From: Nemertoderma westbladi
Taxonomy: Eukaryota; Animalia; Xenacoelomorpha
DNA length: 64,000 nucleotides
Direction of reading: 5' to 3'
Assembly: GCA_032718475.1 (NCBI GenBank)
Contig: JAUCBJ010008638.1
Span: 26,405 to 90,404 of the forward strand
How positions within the stretch are numbered: position 1 is the stretch's first letter; each line of letters begins with the position of its first letter. This document shows, piece by piece, positions 36,701 to 47,106 of the stretch. The notes beneath the pieces are model-generated. The model did no database searches and was not told where the DNA came from. It saw nothing but the letters and a program-made list of their open reading frames with translations. The position numbers and the translations under genes are program-made.

Positions 36701-38736
36701 GACAATAACATATAGTATCAAAAAAACGGAACAGCTGATGGCCAATGGAACCATCCAAGCCCCAAGCAAACTGCCACTGATCGCCCACATACAAAACATA
36801 GTTCACACCACATAAACCACAAATCACGCCATGCCACCACCCCTACTGTGTACAGGACTGGCAGTACGGCAACAGGCCGACTAGACGGTACCACGGCACC
36901 ATGTCGATTCATGGTTCGCTAGACACGAGGGCCTTAAGTATCTCCCTTGCACTTAGACGACAATTTTAACGTGCCCCCAGACCCTCACGAGTCTGCCGCC
37001 GCCTGCTACAGGCACCCCTATAGAGACCTCACCTCTTTAGGTACCTGTTTAGTCGTCATTAATGCAGGCCCTGCCAATAAACTACTACGATCTGTAATCG
37101 GCGGGTTACTTACCTTGACTCTCGGAATAGGCGATGACGTTGCTCTCGGCGGTACAAACTTGTCCGGAATAACATACCTTGCATCGTGTATAGGAGATAT
37201 ACTGCTACTACCAGCAATCGAAACAGGTCTTTTATTCGTAATTGGTGCGAACATTGGAGTTACTTGCAGAAATCGTTGACATAAGTCTTTAACCAATTCC
37301 CGTTCTCGCTCAGGTGCTCCTACGCTTACTTCCTTCATTCGTTCCTGAATTTGACGATGTCTTACCTCTAACCGGTCTAGATCGTGTCCGTCTCGAGATC
37401 TCATTGATCGATCGCGGGCTTGAAGATCCAGATCTTCCTTGGCGTTGGCTAATTCTCTCGCCTTCTTCTCGAGTTCGAAATGAAGTTTAACTTCTTTCGC
37501 GCGTTGTTCCGTCTGTTGTTGTTGCGCCTCGAACTCCGCTAGTCGTATAGCTGATTGAGCCTTTATTTGCCGTTTTTTCATTTCGGCTCTCGCTTCTGAA
37601 ACTAGCCTTTGTCGCTCTAACGCGGCCGCTGCCGCTGCCGTTTGTCGCTCTAACTCGGCCGCTGCCATTTGTCGCTCTAACTCGGCCGCTGCCGCTGCCG
37701 TTTGTTGCGCTAACTCGGCTGCTGCCGTTTGTTGTGCAATGTCCAACTCTAACTTTTCCATCTCGGCTGCTTCCAACTCGGCTTGTTCTTACAGATGAGA
37801 GATTCTCGCAACATTCGCAACGCGTAGTTTCTCTTCCTCTACTGCCGCTTGCACCGTTAACAATTGAGTTTGTTCCTCAATTTCTCGTTGTTGTCTATAG
37901 TACTGTTGTTGCTGTCGAGAAATTTCTGACGTCACTATACTTACCTCGCCAATTTCGCTGCGAATACTCACTAATGAATGGTCCAGTATTCCCGGTACCG
38001 GTTCGATTTGTACGGGTGAAGTTTCCCTCGTATATTCCGGCACGGTTTCCAAATCGCCTACGTCTTCGCCGCACATACGTAAGTGATCCGTCAGATGTTT
38101 CAATTGTCCATCCAGTCGGTACAGTTCCTGTTCTTCCTCGGGCTGTAATAACTCGTCGGAAACCGACTCACCTAATAACTGGTCCGCTTGTTCCTGTTGT
38201 ATCTGTCTAACGGTCGTCTTAAACTGAATCAGTTTCTCCCTAGCGATCATTAATTTCTCGAGGATTCTAAACTGTGTGTCCATATCCTGTCTCTGTCTAG
38301 CTAGATCTTGTAGACCGATTAGGTTATCTACAGACTTATGTACTTTACTCTGTACTCTAACCTGTAGGGTGTAGAACTCGAACCGAGACATCGGAGCGGT
38401 CAACTCGTCTAATATGCGTTGGCCTTCTCCAATACTCCTGGTAATATGCGCCATGTATCCTCCGACGCTTCTAACCACACTCTCCTGGCTTCCTACTGAA
38501 CTTACCATGTCCATTTCCCTGTGTCTAGGTTGCGGGACCGTTAGAAAATTCTCAGTCCTGCCGTCACCTCGTACTACGGCATCCGGTACTCCCGTTGGAT
38601 GTACTGGTGACGCGCACGGTGTAGGTTCGGTAGGCTCACGAGTCTTCCCCTGTGGTTCTTCCGCTTCTGACTTATCCGCGTCACATGAGTCATAGTCGGT
38701 TTGTGTATTCTTCGTATAGTCTTGTTTGTCACTCAT
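33704..38736 (-). pseudogene. gag: Disrupted Gag-protease part of the single BEL polyprotein
   Basis: Collinear with the open sister ORF at 60592. Lesions: TAA at 37789, 1.2-kb insertion at 35839-37031, 1-nt loss in a G run near 34770, TGA at 33737. Has PPKFSGN, three BEL-type knuckles and protease motif ILDSAS. Confidence 0.9.
35839..37031. mobile_element. Probable solo LTR of a third family inserted in gag
   Basis: TG...CA ends; 4-bp TSD CTTC/CCTC (1 mismatch); removing the insert and one TSD copy restores the frame KQVPKEGRKRSQPSTPKPVT; absent from the sister element. Confidence 0.65.
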
Positions 38737-39532
38737 TTCGGTAGTTGTAAGTCAAGTAAAGTGAGTGTCAAAGTATCAAACTTACCGTATTTTATTTCTA
38801 AACGGTATTAATTACAGTCATATAAAATTAGCCTACCGGCCGATTTTATAGCAGATGGATAAAATTAGCCTAGCGGCCAATTTTACAGCAAATAAATGTC
38901 ACAGAATAAGTATATAATAAAATTAGCCTAGCGGCCAATTTTATAACAAATAAATCGGATAACGATATGCGTTATCAAAAGGTAAATTAAATACAATAAT
39001 ACGGACTAATTCAGCAATAAACAAAGAAATCATACGGAATGCATAAATACTTGAGACAGTGGAACCCACAATAGTTTTAACTAATACGGTAATGCCTAAC
39101 TGATTTATGCAACTTTTCGAACTCACCCCTCCAATGATTCTCCAGAAAAACAGATTCCCAGATACAAACCGGACGTGAACCTTTCCGTTTCCAGCGTTGC
39201 GGACGAAGTGCGATTTTCCCAACCAAAGTTGTTGAGTTATCTATCTCCCAAACTTGCTAAACACGGTCTTGCTCTCGTTACAGTCTAGAAATGAGCTCTG
39301 AATCCTGAAAAACAAAAGAGTTAGGTTTTACTTTTACGAAAATTTTGTACCGGTACAATATGGTATTTAAACCCTTTTAAACACCGGTATTAAATTCCAA
39401 ATATTTTACACGCGGTTCAAATCAAAATTTTATTTCAAAAAATTAGCACTTAGCCTATCAAATATAAACTTTTACCTCAAAATACAAAATTTTCAAATAA
39501 CTTTAGTCCTTCCGAACCGTAGTTCAGTAAAA

Positions 39533-39543
39533 CACATTCCTAC
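39533..39543 (-). promoter_or_regulatory. Non-canonical primer-binding site GTAGGAATGTG of element 1
   Basis: Abuts the 5' LTR, lacks TGG, and is the exact reverse complement of LTR positions 40556-40566 and 24935-24945. Confidence 0.7.
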
Positions 39544-40974
39544 TATTCGAAGAGACAGTAACAAAATACCCTGCAATATCTTACTGTAAAGTTTGTGAAT
39601 CAAAACATAATCCGACCTTCTCACCAAAACAGTAAACTCTAAGTAAGCGAATATATATTGCAGTATCGGTCTCTTATAACCGGTGAGGCAGAAAACAGTC
39701 TACGAACGGACAAACTTCGATAAAACAAAATCCCGCGCAGCGAATCCTAAAATCAGGCTGACTCACTGACGGACTAAGGGGCTCGTATACTTTGCCGCGG
39801 TGTGATTTATATGGTTGGGATAGAGAGATGCTAGCTAGGTGCAGAAAGGTCTAACTAGCGGGCAAAGCGCAGTATGGACAAAATTATTTTATATATTTTG
39901 AGGTGTAAATAATTTCTAACGCGCGTGTCTTGATTCTAAACAGTCAAAGTCAGTTTTGCTCCTTCACATATATAATTACTGGGTCCAGTGTGCATTTTAC
40001 AAATATTCTAATTTTATAACTTGTAGGTCCAATACTCATGAATGATAAGGCTCCTTCCCCTTTTGTGTATTTCCAGGACTCAAATTCAGGCATAAGGTTA
40101 ATACTACGCCCAGAATTCGGCAATTTAATTTACCAGGTCCCTAATACTAAGAAGAAATGTGTTAGTTTACTACAGTAGGCGTACAGTTACTAATTGCTAG
40201 CCTGGTGTTCTTATCTAGAATTTTGGTTGCCTAGATGGGCGCGGCAACTTCCTAACAGAATGTTGGCGGGGACACGGTAGATGTTAGTATCCCTAATAGC
40301 CTCAATTTATTTGCGCCTAGTGGTAAACTGCCCTACCGCCTGAACGGTACAATCCTAATTCAGGTAAAACACAGTAACCCTTCTAGCCTACAAGTTCTAA
40401 TGCAATGGACACCGTTGTGCTACAAACAGTCGCCGACGCACCTATACTTAGCAAGAGTTAGGCGTACAGTTTGCTGCACCCTACCAATGTGTATGCCTTG
40501 TACCGGTGTGCCTGCGTCCTATCTGTGTACTAGTATCTCTGCCTGCTCTCCCCCCGTAGGAATGTGAAGGTCTACTGCGGGTTTTCTCTGAATTAAGACA
40601 GTACAGTCCCTAGATGTAATTTTTAGCGCACAGCGTGTCACTACCTCTACCTTCGATCTTTGGTCTTACACTTAGGTAGCAAGGCATTGAACGCTGTCTA
40701 ACCTTTCAGGCGATGGGCGAATAACTAAGAGTGATATTGCGGGTTGTCTCCTTCTACATTCCTCAGATGTTCTCGTTCATTGCTGTGGCCTGATGTTTAG
40801 CCTGCCATCCTGTCCCTCAGTTAAGTTCACCGTGGTAAAACATGATAGGAAAAGGGCAGATGTAACAAGTATTTCTAACTTTATTACAAAACTAATATAC
40901 AATAAACAATACTAAGATACTATGCTAAGAGTATAATGCACTGAGAAAGAATAACTAATGAACAAAATCGCACC

Positions 40975-41120
40975 TTTTATAGCAAATTTGTGCTGCAATC
41001 AATCGAGATAAATCTAGATTGTTCTATGAGTTCTAATAGGTTTTTAAAGATAACTATTGGTCCAGCGAACACGTATCTTGCACGACATTGGTTACTATCT
41101 AATAACTGCAATCCTATTGG
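40975..41120 (-). promoter_or_regulatory. Pol II promoter in the LTR: three CCAAT boxes and TATAAAA
   Basis: ATTGG on the + strand at 41056, 41087 and 41116; TTTTATA at 40975; same layout in the sister LTR. Confidence 0.65.
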
Positions 41121-41195
41121 TTAATCTACCTTGAGCAAATGCAATTTAATTCGTAGCGGTTAATTTAAATGGGTTGAAACTTAGTACAAAAAATA

Positions 41196-41271
41196 ATTCA
41201 CACCTACTAGGATTCGAACTCAATACCTACTACACGAATTTCCAACGCTTAACCGACTGAGCTACTGAACC
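41196..41271 (-). ncRNA. tRNA-like Pol III module in the 5' LTR
   Basis: GGTTCAGTAGCTCAGTCGGTTAAGCG...GAGTTCGAATCC with consensus A and B boxes, then TTTTTT; the cloverleaf is imperfect. Confidence 0.6.
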
Positions 41272-43426
41272 ACTTGAACAATGTCATACAAATAGATATA
41301 CTGAATGCAAATGAGGACTTAATGTAATCTTTATAGCAAAGTTAATTCGAACAAAATAAAATTTTGAAAATCCACGGCATTTATGAGAATATAATTCTAT
41401 AATAGCAGTAACAACGATACAGTAATGATATAATAACGACGACGGTCAAAACTATTCCGGTCTCACAACCGTAACGGAATTAACTAACTCAACTGAACTA
41501 ATAATGAGTGAACACAAGAGTTATACCATTGACTCATATTGGTTTTAGCCCTACACTACTGGGCGGTCTCTAATACGCAATGGATGCGGGTTCTTGTCCT
41601 CCCCAATGTGCTTCCCTGCCCGCTATTGGCTTATATACTAATTGTCACTTCGCCACTCCCTGTTGGTGTTTCCCCCTGGTGCTAGCCTCACTAGCTGGTT
41701 CCTCCCTCTGGGGTGGTTTGACCTCTCACCTCTCTCTGCGGCTTATGGCGTGTATCGCCCTCCCCAGTTGGTTATGAGGTGAGATTATTATTGGTAATCT
41801 CACATCGCCAACTATATTGGTAAAATGCCACTAGTCCCATTTCCGGTGGGTAATGTAGGGAATTGAATCCGCTTTCACTCCCCCCCATGCTATCTTCCCA
41901 GTGAGAAGAAGATAGCATCAACCTTAAGTGCGCTTAAATGCGCAAGAATCCGATCTAATATTGGACGTGGGGTGGAGTACTGTTTTCCAAAACATTATTA
42001 GGGTTTGCCGTTATCAGAATCCACGATTCAGTAACACAACACCATATTTGTTTTGTTTGTCTTCCCATTGATAAATGTTCAGATTTGACCCGTACTCTTT
42101 GCGTTTTAGGTCAATCCAATGGCTTTTGTGGCATGATGGAGATCAATGCCAATGTCTTGTGCCTTAAGTTTAGGAATATTTGTTTGTGTGCAGAATATTT
42201 TTCGTTTGGGCTATTCTTTAGTAGATTTTCAATGAATTATAGTCAGCAAGTACCATACCATGAGGCAGTAGAGTTAACAGTTGCACAAATATCATAATTA
42301 ATACCCACCCTATTAGATTCCCTGTTATTTAACCCGAGGGCAGGAAACAACCCGAGGACGAAGCCTAAGGGTGGGGAGTGTAAATAACTCAAACCAAGGG
42401 AAAATACCTCAATAATAGGTAATAAATAATGATATGAGTATTAACCTATTGAGCCATTGAATATGAAACAATTTCATAATTACATCCTAGAATGTAATTA
42501 ATTCATTAATTACATTAGCAAATTTAAATTAATTATTTTATCTGATCTCTTATTAACCAGTTAGATATAATCATAGATGTAAATGTGGTGTTTATTCAAC
42601 AGCTAACTTTTGGTTTTATCCGAAACTTTGTTTAACTTTGAATGGAGTTTGTTCGGAAACGCACTTATTCACAGACAACATTTACATTAATTATCATTCA
42701 TCATCCTAAGGCTTAGTTAGTTAGTTAGTTGCTCAGTGTTGAAGATTAGATAATAATGGAGGTACATTGAAATAATTGTTATTAACTGTACAGAGTATAT
42801 CTCATAAGATATTGTATTGTTTTAAGGAAAGACAAATAGGAATGGATTTTACTCCTCTACTACTCTTAATTTATATAATAATAATCACTTATTCAAATTA
42901 CTATTTCTCCTCCCAAGTATAATATATTTTCTTAATAGATTTATTTGCAATAGAAAAAAAACATTTACTATAAAACTGTAAACCTGTAAAAGAGTTTTTT
43001 TATTTTGATGCCCATATATTCAAAATGCTTCAAGATTCAAACTGCTCTCACACAGAAGAGTACCAGTGCTATGGTGTGGCTTTCATTCTACTGCCACATG
43101 AATAAACTGAGGCATAATTACAGTAGATTATATTAATTTCCAATTACTTCCTCCCAGTAATTTCCCAGTAGGGGCATCCATCATCCGATACCATGCCTGT
43201 TCTGGACTGGGTCAGTGCACAATCTTAACTAAAAGTGCAGGTCATTTACAAGATTTTCTTCTGGAAATTGAGCTGTTTTTGGCCAGAACAAAATTTCAAA
43301 AATACACTCAGTTAGCTGCAGCAGAAGTAAGTAAGCTGCAAAGACAAATGTTCCTTTGAAGTTACAGAAGTGAAAAAGATTCCATCCCAGACCAAGCATT
43401 CTAGACCTGGAAGATGCATTATTGTA

Positions 43427-44697
43427 CACGAAGTGGGGCCTTCGCGCAGCACGTGAAATGAGTTAATGCTAAGTATCAACTCGAAAGGATTATAAAAACA
43501 TAGGAGAAGATTTTCCCGGAAAACGTTAACCCTCTAGCGGGAGACTGGGTAACTGAAGAAGGAAGGATTAGTTTCCCTACAAAGCCACATCCTATGGTCT
43601 ATTACATATCTACCAAGTTTCCGATTGACGGATCATAAATAACGAAATGTTGGAAGGTTTTCACTTTCATACATTTAGCCCTCTAGCGGCATATTAAAGA
43701 ACTACGGATCGATCACCTTCCTCACAAAGACGAGGCATGTGGTCTAGTACATACCGGTACTGTATATTCCAAAATTCAGCTTAAATAGATTAAGATCAAG
43801 GAATTCGCAAAGGTTATCACTTTCCTACATTTCGCCCTCTAGCGGCAGACTCGAAAACTCCGGACCGATTACTGTCCACACAAAGACTTAGGATGTCTTC
43901 TAGTACATATATGACAAGTTTCAGCGTAATCAGATCATAAACAACTAAATGGAAGAATAATTTCACATTCGGGACATTTCGCCCTCTAGCGGCAGACTGG
44001 AGAACTGCAGACAGATTAGCCTCCTTTGAAATTTACAGCTAATGGTCTAGTACATACTTCCCAAGTTTCAGCTTAAACGGATTAAAAGCAAAGAAATGGG
44101 TGGCCATTTAATGTTTAGACATGTGGCCCTCTAGCGGGAGACTGGAAAACTTCGGACCGATTACAATCCACACAAAGACTCAGGATGTCATCTAGTACAT
44201 ATATGACAAGTTTCAGCGTAATCAGATCATAAACAACTAAATGGAAGAATAATTTCACATTCGGGACATTTCGCCCTCTAGCGGCAGACTGGAGAACTGC
44301 AGACAGATTAGCCTCCTTTGAAATTTACAGCTAATGGTCTAGTACATACTTCCCAAGTTTCAGCTTAAACGGATTAAAAGCAAAGAAATGGGTGGCCATT
44401 TAATGTTTAGACATGTGGCCCTCTAGCGGGAGACCATTGCACTGATGGTGTCTGAAAGTCTCTCAAAAATCTCAACTTTTGCTCATATTGATACCTACAA
44501 ATTTTCAACTTGGCAGCTTTAAATCCGACAAAGTTATTAGCATGTCAAAATCGTAACGACGACGACAACGACGACGACGACAACGACGACGACGACAACG
44601 ACGACGACGACGACGACGACAACTATTTGCATAAATTGACCCACCCCCTAACAGTGTCAATTCGCTAAGGCTCCGCCAACTTCGTGGCTCGCCCCAC
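43427..44697. mobile_element. Helentron/DINE-like non-autonomous element with internal ~147-bp tandem units and an (ACG)n microsatellite
   Basis: Short subterminal inverted repeat CACGAAGTGGGGC (43427) / GCCAACTTCGTG (44675); seven CCCTCTAGCGG-marked units; ACG tract at ~44556-44622 near one end. Confidence 0.6.
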
Positions 44698-45468
44698 AAA
44701 ACCCAAAGAGTATCCATAGCCGACAGATGAATATAAAATTAGTAAAAATACTCAAACAATACTAGCTAATCAATCATCAGGTTGAGATGCTATCAACAAA
44801 GTCTGATGAAAGTGGGAGGAAATCTCCTGAAGACTGTCAAGCAATGGGCATGTTCTCTGGATGAAAAACCGATCAACTGCAAATAAAGATAAAGGCTGAT
44901 TCGTCTCGTGGGCGCTTTGCTGACTGTATGGCTCATTTTGAAAATTGCTAAATAACAATTGATAGCTGACTGACTATTTCACTGTAAAGCATCCATTGGA
45001 TACAATCTTCTCTGACATTCCCATTGGTGATATAAAATTTGAAGAGGTCTTGAATGCTTCAAAGAACATTGAAACAAATAGGTCATTTGGTGTTTGAGTA
45101 TCCTGAGTTCTTTAAGACTAGATACCTTGCAAAGTTGTCTTAAAATAGTTGCGTTTTCATTGGCTCTCAAATTAGGACCAGACCTAATTGATGTTGGCCA
45201 CCAAAAAAAAGAACGTTGTTCCATCTGGTGCAAAGGGCTGCTTTCATCGGGTGTTTCGGGTTTCATTGTCCTAGTACGGTGACTGAGACTGGTCCTAGCC
45301 AGGGCACCGTTATGAATACCACTTCTGCTCGCTTGCTGACCGACCGCTGACCGTTTAAGGATGGACCTAACAAAGTCGGAGACTCAATTTAAGGACTGGA
45401 GTTTAACACTGTCATAAGTCTGGTCATAGTTATTTATTGCACGTTTCCTTGTGTAGTGGAATTAAGTA

Positions 45469-47106
45469 GGGGAGGGTAGGGGCTTTTGGCATGTTTTTGT
45501 CTAAAACGCTAATATCTTCCAATCTATTTACTCATTTCTTTAATACGAGTTCTCATTTTGTTCAGAATTTAATGGGCTATCTTTCAATCATAGTTTGTAT
45601 TGATTGTAAAGAAAGGATCGATTTTGTCGACGGAGGTCAAACATGCCAATTCTCACAACACGTGGGGACATTTGGCAGAGAGAACAGGGATATTTGGCAT
45701 CCTAATTTAAACACCATATTCTATATACATTTACAGCCTATTACATATACATATTACATACATATACATTATACATTTACAGTTAATCTTCTCCAAGTTT
45801 AACATCAAGGTTTATTTTTCGCGTAATTCAAGGAATTCCCCAGGCTGTTGATGGTTCCTTTTCGTTGCTGTTTGCTGTAGGCTGGGGGTGGTATATGGGG
45901 AGTGTTCATGTTCAAATGGATTCTTATTAAATTTAATTTAGTGGGGGGGGGGGGGGGGGGGGGGGCGTTCATATAGATTCTTATTAAATTCGTAGCATAG
46001 AATAACAAATTTAGTACGGATTAGATTAAAAAAGTTGAGGCTAATGCGAATTGACTAATGTTTATGATAATGATAATAATAATATTTAAGTAGCACTATA
46101 ACAATTAAACAATTAAAACAAAATTGAATTTAATTAAATAGGCCTAAGCCTAAAAAAACTCCTTACTCTACTGACAGAGTTGTAGCCCAAACCCTAATTA
46201 AACATGCCAGGCAACCCTAATTCAGTATTAAATAGGCCCTAACTAATTATCCCACCCAACCTGGTACCACGGTATCGGTACTGCGGTAGCTGTAGCAGTG
46301 TAGGCCTACCAGTTTGAGGAATTTTTTTTGACAGTAAGAAGGTTTTACAGCAATAATTTAAATACCAGTAGTCTAGGCACAAGAGCGGTGGTCCCAAATG
46401 ATGCTCTTAAATCAAAGTAATTTTTAGAAAACCGAAAAGTCAGAAAGTGTTGGTTAGCGACCACAATAATAAATCAATTATCCTGTCTAGAGTCTAGAGT
46501 CTAATGATCAGGCTGTCAGCCAATTACTGAATGGTAAACAGTACCTGCAGTAACTAAACAAAAAAATCCAACACTGAGGCCTACAGGTTTCTGGGCTACT
46601 TCAACACTTTGCAGGGTGATTAGGGGCACTGTAGTGAAATGGCAGAAAAACGGGACAACAATAGGCTACTGGCAGACTGTAATGATTATATTGAAATGCC
46701 AAATATCCCCAGCACTCAAATGTCAAATGTCTCAACATGGGAAACTTTGATAAATATGATAAATTGATATACAAGAGTATTGTAAAGACATTATCTGTCA
46801 ACTTAAACATAATACCAAATAGTTGACGATCATTTTCATATATCCAAAAGTACCAGTGCTGATACTTATAAAAGGAGGTTGCGTGGAACACAAAAAATAA
46901 AAAATTATCGTTTTGATTGGAAAAATACAAAATGTTATCCAGAGAATTGCCAGTTCCATTAAATTTAATAATTTTTTCAGTTTCTATATTCAGATATATA
47001 GTATTATGAGTTGAGTAAAAAAAGTTGTTGCAATTCACACCCAGGAAGTCCCTCTAAAGGCATGCATGCCAAATCTCACCACGTGCCAAATCTCCCTGGT
47101 CTCCCC
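45469..47106. mobile_element. Degenerate pogo/Tc1-like DNA transposon derivative
   Basis: TA|GGGGAG...TTTGGCA at the left end and TGCCAAA...CTCCCC|TA at the right end (imperfect TIRs, TA TSD); no intact transposase. Confidence 0.6.

Larger units (their letters stand above)
23924..41401 (-). mobile_element. Full-length BEL/Pao LTR retrotransposon (element 1), 17.5 kb
   Basis: Two 1.86-kb direct repeats; 5-bp TSD ATAGC (23919-23923 and 41402-41406); Gag-PR-RT-RH-IN order with BEL-type motifs. Confidence 0.97.
39544..41401 (-). repeat. 5' LTR of BEL element 1
   Basis: Direct repeat of 23924-25780; sense termini TATAGAA...CGAATA. Confidence 0.97.
23735..41877 (-). mobile_element. Family A LTR split by the BEL/Pao insertion (pieces 23735-23923 and 41402-41877)
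   Basis: Both pieces align with solo LTR 19457-20114; TG...CA ends; CTCCCCCC at 41878 is a minus-strand polypurine tract, so this is a 3' LTR. Confidence 0.8.

Noticed and set aside
35839-37031. Structured insert as a self-splicing intron or hammerhead retrozyme
   Set aside because: No CTGANGA...GAAA core or group I/II boundary motifs found by eye; TG..CA ends with a 4-bp TSD fit a solo LTR better.
39504-39519. TAGTCCTTCCGAACCG resembling a tRNA-Tyr PBS (TGGTCCTTCGA..)
   Set aside because: It is on the wrong strand for the element, mismatched, not adjacent to the LTR, and not seen in the sister element.
41196-41271. LTR tRNA-like sequences as functional tRNA genes
   Set aside because: Anticodon and T stems pair poorly and differ between elements, so they were kept only as Pol III-type modules.
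44770-45266. Minus-strand coding-like fragments
   Set aside because: Interrupted and without a motif I can assign; possibly decayed transposon sequence.
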